This document shows, piece by piece, positions 12,059 to 25,100 of a stretch of 64,000 bases of DNA; position 1 is the first letter of the stretch; the number at the start of each line of letters is the position of its first letter. The position numbers and the translations under genes were made by a program. The stretch comes from Octopus vulgaris (Eukaryota): contig OX597816.1 in NCBI GenBank assembly GCA_951406725.2, positions 75,082,001 to 75,146,000 on the forward strand, written 5' to 3'. The notes under the pieces were generated by a model. The model saw only the letters and a program-made list of their open reading frames with translations. It searched no databases and was not told the DNA's origin.

Positions 12059-15000
12059 CTGAAAAGGAAAAGAAAAATTCACATGAATTCATGTCAGGGT
12101 ATTTTTATGTGGCCACAAATTGGTTACAATAAGGAACTAGGTCATGTCAAAACATTTCATCAAAGAAAAAGCCAATATGAAATATATATATATATATATA
12201 TCCACATACCCCAACCCTCAGCCGAACCCCCACCCCACCTGTGCTTTCCTCAATCTCGCCTCCCTCACCTCTCAACAACATCACACCACACCACACTACA
12301 CCATACAACATTACACATCATATCACAACACACCACACACACACCAGCACTGACCAATTCCCATACCCACAATTTCACACCTACACATATATACACGCAC
12401 ATGTCAAGACCACCAGCCCTCTTTCACACGCATATACGTACTCTCTTATACACATACGCACCTTCGTGTTGGGGGTCATCTTTACTTTGTTATCTCCCCT
12501 ACTTCTTTGCTCTCCTGTGTGACCCTTCTGTCCGGCAGTCGTCATGATAGATCGTTAGCCACTACACACATTTTTTTCTCTCCTTGTTTTTTTCTGTGTC
12601 CCTTTCTGTTGAAGAGCGTAGGCTCGAAACAAAAGACTTTTTCAATTCCTGAGCGTTATACTAATACATCTGTTTGTTTTCTACACCACCTGTCTTCGTC
12701 TTTTGTTTTTTTCGTGAATTCTCCCTATATATATATATATATACATGGCTCAGTGATTAGAGCTTTGGGCTCACAATCATGAGGTAGTAAGTTTGATTCC
12801 TGGATTGGGATGTGTGCTGTATTCTTGAGCAAGACACTTTATTTCATGTTGCTTCAGTTCACTCAGATGTCGAAATGAGTTACGACGTCACTGGTGCTAA
12901 GCTGTATCAACCTTTGCCTTTCCCTTGGATAACATTGGTGGTGCGGAGAGGGGAGGCTGGTATGCATGGGCGACTGCTGGTCTTCCATAAACAACCTTGC
13001 CTGGACCAAAGACAGTCTTTACCCTTAATACACACACAAGTTTTTAGAAAGAATTCTTGATACAGTCACAATAATTGAAGATGTTTTTACTAAAAAATTA
13101 TTTATATAAAAAAACTCTTAAATACACACATATGGCTAGAGTGAGAGCAAGAGAGAGAAAGTGAAACCCTAATGAAGTATGTAGTTTAGTAGTGACGATT
13201 TTTTTTTTTTACAATTTATTTATTTATTCTCAAGAGTGAAGTCAGTGCCCTTAACTCTTCACATGGCCTCTGAGACTAATGGGAGGGAGGACAGAAGGAA
13301 GTAGCCTCAGACTAAAGATCTGGCACAAATTCATGTAACGGAATAAACTCTGCTAAAGGCACCTAGAATACCATATGGCGGTGGTGCTAGATCAGGCAAT
13401 GGATTTAAGTGTACTAGACAAGTAGACTATGGTGAGATTTGAACTTGGAATACAAATAGCTGGACCAAATACAACAAGGTATCTGGTCCAATGTTCTTGA
13501 CTTGATGTTTTTTTTTGAGCCTGAAAGGATGAAAGTCAAAAATGATCTTGGTGGAATTTGAACTTAGAGTGCCAAGTGTCGAAACAAACATCACAGGCAT
13601 TCTCATTCACACTCTAGTATCTCTGCCAATTCATCATCATCATCATTTAACGTCCGCTTTCCATGCTAGCATGGGTTGGACGATTTTGACTGAGGGCTGG
13701 CGAACCAGATTGCTGCACCAGGCTCCAATCTTGATTTGGCAGAGTTTCTACAGCTGGATGCCCTTCCTAACGCCAACCACTCCGAGAGTGTAGTGGGTGC
13801 TTTTTACGTGCCACTGGCACGGGGGCCAGTCAGGCGGTACTGGCAACGACCTCGCTCGAATCCTTTTACACATGCCACCAGTACAGGTGCCAGTAAGGCG
13901 ACTTTGGTAATGATCACGCTCGAATGGTGCCCTTTTACGTGCCACTGACAACGATCACGCTCGGATGGTACTCTTGGCACCCTACTAGCCCGGGCACAAG
14001 TGCCAGTAAGGCGATGCTGATAACGATCATGCTTGAATGGTGCCCTTTAAGTGCCACTGGCACGGAAGCCGGTTAGCTGCTCCGTCAATGATCACGTTTG
14101 TATGGTGCTCTTTGCACCCTGCTAGCATGGATGCCATGAAGGAGAATGAGTGGAGACAGGAGGATAACTGAAATAAGGCATTAAGAATTATTGAAAAGAG
14201 GCAGAAATAAACCTCATTTTTCACATATACTCCATTAAAAGAACACTAAAGAAATCGGTTATGTCAAGCTATTTTGGGTCTCATACAAGCAGTTGTTATA
14301 GAATAATGATAAGGAAGTTGGACATCATCATCAACATGTAACATCCGTTTTCCATGCTGGCATGGGTTGCATATATCAAGCTATTCTCATGTAACACACA
14401 ACTGATGGACATAATGAACTTGGCTTACAGTAGAAGGATCAGAAAATCTAGAATAATTACGAAATGATGGAAACATTTGTTACAGTAACAAGATGCTTTG
14501 GGGTAGACATGTATGTAGAAAGGCTCTGTGTCTATATTATTACCAGTTGCCATATATATATATCTTAACCAGCATGCCATGAACAAGTATAGAGAGGTGT
14601 TTGGTGGTGGTAGTAAAAATCACAAACCATGAGCAACTTTTTAATGGAATGTAAGAAGATAAAGCAGAATGACATTCCAGATGGAATTAAAATTAATTCT
14701 TTCTACCAGAGACACAACACCAGAAATTTGGGGGGAGGAGCAAGTCAATAACATCAATCCCCAATATGCCACTGGTATTTATTGGCCCTGAAAGGATGAA
14801 AAGCAAGGTTGACCTTGCTGGCTTTTGAACTCAGAACATTAAGAGCCAGAAGAATTGCTACAGAAGAATTGACCAGCTTAGTAACGAATCTGCAGCTTGC
14901 CCGGCACTAAAACCAATACAAATGTAAACTGGAAAAGATAAACTTACAGTTAAAAATACTTCATGAAGTCGTTCAATAACCCATTTATATCTGGAGGTGT

Positions 15001-16087
15001 TCCAGTCAATACCTTCAGCTTCACAACGGGCAAAATGTTCAGTTAATAAAATAATAAAACGCTACAAAGATAAAAGATTGAAAAAGACCATGAAAAATTA
15101 CAAAGCAATTTCATGCATGCATTCACACACACATCAACCTAAATGCATTCCACAACCCATATCTGTGCTCACCTTTGCACAAGCATCATATATATATATA
15201 TATGCGTTTGTGACATCAGCAGATTTTCTCAGTCGTATTTTATAGAAAGATATAAAAATGTACCTGACTATTTCTAGTACCAGTCTCCACTGCATGAATG
15301 TCAATATAGGATGTATGTACATTTGGGAATGTCTAGAATGCATTCATGTGTGTGTAGTGTTTATATAGGACATATGTATGAGTAGGAGCACACATAAGAT
15401 TCCTCTCTCTATATATATATATATCTATATGGATGAGGACAGCTGTGTAAAGAAGTGCTGATCTCTAACTATAGAAAAGGTAAACCCAGGAAGACATGGA
15501 ACAAGGTGGCATGATCTTCAAACATTGGGCATCACGGAGGTGATGACAAGTGACCGAGACCTTTCATGATAAGCCATGCTTGAGGAGACTTGTGAAGCCA
15601 AGTCAAATCATATTCATGACCGATGTTGGTGTCACATAACTGGCATGTAAAATGCATCCACAACACTCTTGAAGTGGTTGGCATTAGGAAAGGCATCCAG
15701 TCATAGAAACAATGCCAAATCAGACTGGAGCCTGGTACAGCTCTCCAGCTTACCAGTTCCAATCAAACAGTCTAACCTATGCCAGCATGGAAAGCAGATG
15801 GTAAATGATGATGATGACATCATCATTTCATGCCCGTTTTCCATGCTGATACAAATTAGGTATTTTGACAGAATCTATAGTGACAGAACCTTGTCTTACT
15901 CCAGTGTCTTAGTTTAGGCTTGGCTTCTACAATTTGGGTACCCTTCTTAATACTAACCACTTTAAACCCTTTGTAAATCACAGGGAAAACAATCCCCCAT
16001 TACTGAGAGAATAGGTGAGAAAGTGATGACCTTAAGTGAGGTGTTTAGAGAAGTTACAGTATACTGGGTGGCAAGATTATGTTACAA

Positions 16088-16143
<56 letters not shown>

Positions 16144-19100
16144 AAGCAATTATTTACCTGAAATAGAATAAGAAATAAATTTTTCTGTTGACTCTGAGCA
16201 GCTTCCAATTTCTCTACCATGCGTTCAATCATTTCTGCATTTGGGGTTTCATCATCTTTGTCAGGATCCAGATCATCAGCCTGTAGGTGTTGCAAAGAGA
16301 ACAGAAACAAAAACTTTAGTGTCTGGCAAGCACATTTGACTAGCACACTATTCATGTGCATGCACACACAGACACACACACTTTTTTTATTAACAAGGAC
16401 AAAGTTGGCAGGATACATGGACTTTGTACATGCTTCTTAACTGGTAAAATTCATGTGATTGATGTTCAGTTTGACCATCTACAAATTGATGTCCGCAGAG
16501 AAAAACTGGGCAAGAATCACTATCTCTAAGCTCTCTTTCTCTCTTACACATACCTTTTACATTTATAGCTTAGACAGAAGAGGGACAGTGTCACTAAGCT
16601 TTCCAGATCCTCCCAGGCCCCTGAGATTCATGCAATTCACGTTCAGTTTAAATATCTGTAAGTCAATGTCAAAAAATGTGGGCAAAAAGCACACTCTTAT
16701 TAAAAACAATGCTAAACTTTATCAGCCTGGCAAATGTGATTTGTATGCCATTTTGTTTAACTAACGAGTTATGTTAGGTGATAGAACAAAATTCTATTAC
16801 TGACATCAGGAGATGTTAAAAGAAATCAGGGGGCTATCTTCAATGCACAGAGCTTTTACCAAATCACCCTCAAACCACATCCTACTATCTGAAATAAAGA
16901 AAGATTCACAGACTTTATGTTGTCCTTGATATACATAAACTTGATTAGAGTTTGCTTAATCAAAGACTTGCCTTGGGCTAGACAACAAAAACAATATCAT
17001 ACAGGACACATACACAAACAAGTAGAGGCATTTTGTGTGTCACCACAGGAAACAGCCAGCTATGCATAGAAATTTTATGAAAGGAAGAAATGAAATTTTA
17101 CTCTACGTTTGAGGGGCCAAGGAGAAGCAAAGATTCCATATCCGTAAGTACTGTGGTGGTGGTTGTTGTCATTTAGCCCCAAATCATCTTTAACTGAAAA
17201 GATCTATGATTAAAAGCATTCTGGTCATGGCCACCTGTATTTTTCCTATGCCTGTTACACTTAGGTCTACAATATCTGAAGTCTTATTATAAGATAATAG
17301 GGCAAAACTTTAGGGAAATTTGGCTGTTATTTCTAGCAGGCCGAGCAACTATGCAGAAACTCCTCCAATGGTGGAGGGTGAAGATTCAGAACTCAAACAG
17401 TTTTGATGTCATTACATAATGGTTTCTCTGATTTTAATATATAACCAATTTATGCAGGAAGGTTGCAATCATCAAATTAGTTGTAATACTCCATTATATC
17501 ATGGTACTTACTGCAGTGATCCCAGAGAAATATACACAAAAACTGACCCTAATGGAATTTGAACTCAAAACACAAAGAAATAAAACTGACAAGCAAAACT
17601 TGGTGCTGCTCTTGCTAATTCTCCAACTCCAAATCGATTTCCACTCCTAGACTAAGTTATATATAGAAAAAAAGTGCAATGGAATGTCAAGCAGAGAGAC
17701 AGGAAACCAAGACATTAGTTGTCCACGGTTCATAGGCATTCAAATTACAAATTACTATTATAAATTATAATTATAGATTACTACAACCCAACAGAGAGCT
17801 TTTGTATCTAAGACATAATTATGGCTGGCAGTGGTGTAGTGAAAGTATAAATAGATCAAGAAGAGGGAAGGTAATCCAAGGGAGATGCTTATCTGTGGGC
17901 AACAAAAGTTTCTTTCTTTCTCTCTCACTTTCAGTTAGATAATAAAGAGTAGCGAGACAGAGACAATAAGAATATATCTGCAGAGCGTGGAGGGGACTAG
18001 CTCAGTACTGTGCATTCAATGTACCATATAATCCTGCCAGTGGGCCAAATCTGTTGACCTAACAGCTTCCCCCTTTATGGAGTCACTTGGCCTATTAGAA
18101 ATAGTAGTCACATATCCCTAAAATCACACCATACCATCTTAAGAAATGGAAGAACATACTGGATAATATAGACTGTGTCTGAATTAAAAGAAACACAGGA
18201 TAGAACATCACTGATCATAGGTAGTGCCTTTTTATTTTTTTACAAGTTATGAAGAAGCTTTGTGTTCATCATCCTTAATAGTTAATAGTAGGAGTGGAAG
18301 AATGGAAGTGAGAATCCACAGGTTATTATTATTATTATTATGTTATATCATACGATGCTAGTTACATATTTCCAACAAACACTCTCTCCACATTTCTTAT
18401 TTCTTTATTGCCCACAAGGGGCTACACAGAGAGGGGATAAACAAGGACAGACAAACAGATTAAGTCGATTATATCGACCCCAGTACGTAACTGGTCCTTA
18501 ATTTATCGACCCCAAAAGGATGAAAGGCAAAGTCGACCTTGGCGGAATTTGAACTCAGAACGTAAAGACAGATGAAATACCACTAAGCATTTCGCCCGGC
18601 GTACTAACATTTCTGCCAGCTCGCCGCTCTCTCCACATTTCTGAACGTGGCAAATGAGTATCTCTAACTTAATGCATAACAAATATCTCAAAGCATCAGT
18701 TTCTGATTTTCTCCTTCAAGTTTAGGTACTTCACCAAAAGACACACAAACACACACTAGACTGTCACATAGTCTCTTTCTACCAAAATACCATTAAGGCA
18801 TTGGCACTAGTGTAGCTAGAGGTGGGCGAAGGGGTCTGCTGTAGGCAATATGTATCACTTGTGGGGGCTCAGGATGGCACACAGTCTAGTTACACACTAG
18901 TGGGTATTGGTCAGCAGAGGCTATGGCAGAAGGAACAAGGTGCTGTGCGGTTGTATTGAACTCAAAACTGCATATCTAAGAGAACTTAACTGCACAGCCT
19001 TGCCAGCACCAGAGGCAGAACATCAAATAACTGAGAACTTGGGTCTAAACAACAACAGCAATCTCACAAAAGTTTAGGAAGTGACTGTAATTTGTGAAGA

Positions 19101-22100
19101 AAGTGTGTGTTAAGTAAATTGTTTTTTTTTGTAAACCTTTTGCTGAGCTGATTCATGTTTGTCTCTTGCATCTTCTACTTCTTTCTGAAGTTTCGTGACA
19201 TGTTTCATCATCTTTTTGATGGTGCTGTGCATTATTTCCCATACAAAGAAACTAGAATTTTCAGAAAACAAAGAAACAAAAGAAGAAAAACAAATTTATA
19301 AACAATAAATAAATATAGCAACAATACATTTTTAAATACTTTTTTTTTCTACTACAGAGTGTTGAAGAATTCAAGATTTTATTCACTTGAACTCTTTTAA
19401 TTACAACCTACCTAAGACCCCCCCCCCCACGCCCTGATCACATAAACTTCATGCTTTAAAATGATCTTCCATCAAAATTTCATGTTAATTATGTTCCAAG
19501 CACCAGCTAAATAATGGTTTCAAATTTTGGCACAAGGTCAGCAATTTTGGGTGATCCCAGTATTCAAATGGTACTCATTTTATTGACCCCCAAATGATGA
19601 AAGGTAATGTTGACCTAGGCAGAATTAGAATGCAAAACATAAAAATTGATGAAATACCGCTAAGCCCAATGTGCTAATGATCCTGCTAGCTGACCACCTC
19701 GTTACCACCAGCTAAATAAGGACAGTTATTTTATCTAATTCTTCACAATTTTCAAAAGTAATTGAAACAAAGTCAGTGTATTCCAATAGAAATTAGATCA
19801 CAAAAGTGTTCAGTCCTTTCGTGACCATATTTTGATAAACTACATATATTTCAATTAATGTTTAAGGTAATCAAGGATTTGAAATCATTTAGCAATTACT
19901 TAGCAATCTTTTTTCACTATTAAAATAGTGATAGCTTTATGAAAATGTAAATCTTGCTGTGGCCAATCAATTGCAGACTCCAGGCAAGACACTTCCTTTG
20001 CTGGTTTCTCAGAGAAACCAAACTGCCACCTTATATAATTCTTAGGGAATTCGTAAATGGATGAAGTACTATAGGGGGTGTGTGATGAAATACAGCATTT
20101 AGGCATATCTCTTAGCAGGAATCTAAATTCTATATCCTTCAGTTTAATTGCAGCATTCATCTCATTAGTTGGCATTAAAGTGTAGTAGTGGGTCTTGTCT
20201 AAGGTTGAATTCTATAGCATTCATAATACTGTTATATATATTCAGAGTAGTCGGTCTTGTCTAAGGTTTAACTTTGCATCAATCATAACACTAATGGTTT
20301 AGATATATTGATGTATTCATATAAATTAAGAGTTGTGTGTCTTGTGTAAGGTTTAATTCTATAGGAGATATATTCATGTATTCATAATAACTATTTCTAA
20401 TTTAGGCAAAAGGCTAACAATTTTAGGGGGTTGAAGGTTAACTGATTACAACAACCCTAATACTTGACTGGTAATTTATTTTATTGACCCCCTTCCACCA
20501 CACACAAAAAAAATGAATAGTAGGATTTGAAATCAAAATGCAAAAGAATGGTAGAAATTCTAAGCATTTTGCCCAACATATTTACAATTCTGCCAGCTCG
20601 TCACCTTAATAATAATAATAGTTACTAATTTTGAGGGGAAGGGGTTAGTCAATACAATCAATTCCATCATTTGATTAGTACCTTATTTTATTGATCCTGG
20701 AGGGCTGAAAGATGGTGGCAGGATTTCAATTTAGATTGTAAAGAGCCAAAACAAATATCACAAAACATTTTGTCTGATGTGCTAATGATTCGGCCAGTTT
20801 GTGGCCTTTTATAATAATGGTGTTAATAATATTTATAATGATATAATAATGGTGTTTCTTATTACAGCACAAGGCCAACAATTCTGAGGATGAGTTGAGT
20901 TGATATCTCAACCCCAGTATCTGACTGGTACTATTATTAAAAAAAAGTTATGATAATAATAATAAAGTGAACAAAAAACTGCACATGTGATTTGGCAGGA
21001 GTTTCCTAGCTATGAAAGTTAATGTGTTGACTCATCTCTAAATTCAGATATAAATAAAATGATTTGAACAAAAGAATCATTCTCTATGACAAATGATGGT
21101 GAAAATTTGAAAAAAAAAAAAAAATGTATATATATATATATATATATACACACATTACCTTGTAAATGCATGGCTCATTTCATCAGAAAACAACCAATTA
21201 GCAACAGCTGAGCATTCGATTATCTGAGTCTTCAGTAGTTTATCTATCAAGACTACCAGCATCTGGAATAGGGGAGTATTGAAATGAGAGGAAGGAAGGA
21301 AGAGAAAGAAAAGCATCGTTATGAGATAAAAATTAAGTGACACATCAAAGAATATAACAGAATCCAGAAACTAAAAACATGTGAATGACATCAGAACAGT
21401 TTAAAATGTTTATCACACAGAACAGGCATAGCTGTATGGTATAGAAGCTAGCTTCCCATCCATGTGATTTCAAATTTAGTTTCACGTCACAGTACCATGG
21501 GCAAGTGTCATCTACTATAGCATTGGCCTTGTGAGTAGATTTGGTAGACAAAAACTGAAAGAAGCTCATTATGCATGTGTGTGTGTGTTTATATATATAT
21601 TTTTATTTTTTTACTTGTTTCAATCATTAGACTGTGGCCATGCTGGGGCACCACCTTGAAGAATTTTAGTCAAAGGAATCAACCTCAGTACTTATAAGGA
21701 CACACACACACAAACAAGCTTCTTTCATTTTCCCTCTAATTCATTCACAAGACTTTGGTTGACCTGAATTATAGAAGACATTTGCTTAAAGTGCCATGCT
21801 GTGAGACTGAACCCGGAACCATATGGTTAGGAAGTAAGCCTCTTAAACACACAGCCATGCCTGCAACCCCCCCAAAAATTAAAGATTATTCAAGAATTCT
21901 AAAAGAGAGAGAGAGAGAATAGGAACAGTGAAAAACAAATACCTGTTGATGTGTCCTCCATAAATCATACACTGTTTTTAGGAGACATATCTGACCCTCC
22001 TCATTTTCAACCAGTGTTTTAAATATATAATGAAATCTAGAAAAGAGAGAACGGTTAAACAAATTTTTTAAAATACACTATAAAGGAAAGCTGGAGATGA

Positions 22101-25100
22101 GATAACTGATACTGGACAGATGTGCTCAGGTGTCAAGAGTTCAAATCTATTATGTTATATTTCTGAGCTACAAGACTATACTCTACATTGCTTCAGTTCA
22201 TCTACAATTAGGTATCAAATCAATCTGATTTAGGTTCAAGCCACAATTCACAAATCAGTCCATTTACCTCTCAGAAACAGGTAAAAGATCAATCTGGTTG
22301 AGTCTCTCACAGCAGTTCATTTAACTGTCTAGAACAGGTCCCAGATCGATATGGCTTAGTCTCACACTATAGTCCATCTAGTCCCAGATAAATCTGATTT
22401 ACTTTCACACCACAGTCTTCCAATCCTTTCATCTAGTTGTCTAAAATGGGTACCAAATCAAAAATTGTCAAATGGTTCAACTAGCTGTTAGGATCTATGT
22501 ATCACTGTCTGTGTGTAAGCATGGTTGATGGACAAGAAGTTTGCTTTGCAGTTGTGGTCTATAGTTTAGGTCATTGCACAGCATCCTGGGCAAGAGTCTT
22601 CTACCATAACTTTATGGCTACCTAAGTTGTGTGAGTGAAATCGGGTAGATAGAATCTGCATCAGAGTCCATCAGATGGACTGTAACTGGCACTTAAAGGA
22701 GCTGCCATGCTGTATACAATGTTATGTTGATCCTGGCTGAAGATTACAGTAAGAGTACAAAAGGCTGTGGAATACCATCATCATCATTTAACGCCCACTG
22801 TCCATGCTGGCATGGGTTAGACAGCTTGACCAGGGCTGGTAAACTGATGGGCTGCACCAAACTCCAGTCTGATTTGGCAGGGTTTCTACAGCTGAATGCC
22901 CTTCCTAACACCAACCACTGCCGAGAGTATAATGGGTGCTTTTGATTGCCAGTTGCATGACATCAGTATTTGCCAGGACTATGATTCCACTTGGCTTGAT
23001 GAGTCTTCTCAAGGGCAGCATATGGCCGATCCAATAAGTAGTTAGTTCCTTTGATCAAACAACTACAATATTCGTTATCACAATCAAAGCAAGATTCCTG
23101 TCTCTTTGGCTACTCCTGAATTCAGACCTTTATTTTTTAGCATATATTTAATGTTCTTGACCATAACAGAACAATCTCTTTTAGAAATCCTATTCAATAT
23201 GAATTATACAATTGACCCCAGGACTTATTCTTTGTAAGCCTAGTATACTAGGCTTGCTATCTTTTGCTGAACCACTAAGTTATTGGGATGTAAACACACC
23301 AACAACGTTGTCAAGTGGAAATGGGGGACAAACACAGAGACAAAGACACACACATATAAATATATACATACATATATATGTATAATGGGTTTTTTTTCCA
23401 TTTCCATCTACCAATTCCACTCACACAGCTTTGGTCAGCCAAAGACTATCTATAGTAGAAGAAACTTGTTCAAGGTGCCAAGCCTATAACTATAATGTTT
23501 TCTACTATAGGAACAAGGCCTGAAACTTTATGGGAGGAGATAAGTTCATTACATCAACTCCCAGTGCCCAACAGGTATTTATTTCAACATCAACCCTGAA
23601 AGGATGAAAGGCAAAGACAATCTCAGTGGGATTTGAACTCACAAAATAAAGACGGATGAAATGCCGTTAAGCAATTTGTCCAGCATGCTAACAAATAATG
23701 GTAATCTTTTTTTAACATTGGCTCAAAGCCACAGATTTGAAGAGTTGGGGCATAGTTGATTAAAGTGACCTCTGCACACAACCATTACTTCATTTTATTA
23801 ATAACAACAGCAACAACAACTAATAATCCTTTCTATTATAGGCACAAGGCCTGAAATTTGAGGGAAAGGGGCTAGTCAATTACACTGACCCCAGTACATA
23901 ACTGGTACTTATTTTATCAACCCCGCAAGGATGAAAGGCAAACTCAACCGCAGCAGAATTTGAATTCAGAATGTAAAGATGGGTGAAAAACCGCTAAGCA
24001 TTTTGCCTGGCATACTAACAATTCTGCCAGCTTGCTGCCTTAACAACAATAATCTCAAATTTTTGTCACAAGGACAGCTTGTGGGAGGTGGGGATGAGAC
24101 GATTACATCAACCCCAGTGTTCAACTGGTACTTATTTTATTGACCCCAAAAGGATGAAAGACAAAGTCAACCTCAGTGGAATTTGAACTCAGAACATGAA
24201 GACAGGCGAAATACCACTAAGCATTTTACCCGGCATGCTAATGATTCTGCCAGTTCATCACCTTAATAATAATAATAATAATATTAAGATACTTACTTTG
24301 CAATTGCAGAGAAGGAATGACTAAAAGACTTGGAGCCCAAATATAAAATTGTAGACACAAAAACATCAATTTTTAAGGGGTTGTGTGTAGGTTCATCTGG
24401 AAAAGAGAAGAAACTGATTAGGGATACAGCTTGAATTGCAGAAATAATGATAAACAAAAAAGAAATATAAAAAGACAACCATTGGTAAATTTACACCTTG
24501 GAGTAAAAAAATTTACGTAGCTGGGATAAACACACTTGTTTGTTATTACATAATATACAAAGTTTTAAAAAATATTTTAAAATTACATACCACCATTTTG
24601 CTGAGAGATCATGTACATAGTACATAACAAGAGGACACACACACATTATATGTATAATAAAAGCATGATAAATTATGATGCTTGCTATAAATATACTATT
24701 TCGTCTATATTTTTGCATAGGGGTCAGGGAATAGATGGCAATATGCATCACACCAATGATGCATATTGCCATAGAGGAAGGGGTAGGAATTACTGCCACA
24801 TAAAAAGCCCCCAGCACACTCTGTAAAGTGGTTGGTATTAGGAAGGGAATGTAGCCACAAGAACCAAGCCAAATCAGATTGGAACCTGGTGTAGCTCTCC
24901 TGCTTACCAGCTCTGGTCAAACTGTCCAACCCATGACGACGATGATGTGCTAAGTCAATGCATCAAAGTAAGATTTTACGTACAGGCAGAGACATGGCTG
25001 TGTGGTCAAGACGTTTGCTTCCCAACCACATGGTATTGGGTTTAGTCCTAGTGCATTGCACACTAAGCAAGTGTCCTCTACTATAGCTCTAGTCAATCAA

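Noticed and set aside
11969-12547. 192-aa + strand ORF
   Set aside because: Antisense to exon 24, then runs through (TA)n and a CA-rich repeat; H/T-rich low-complexity translation
13800-14130. Repeat-spacer-like pattern resembling CRISPR
   Set aside because: Eukaryotic context; degenerate tandem subrepeats of an RTE 3' UTR, also present at 36770-37090; no cas genes
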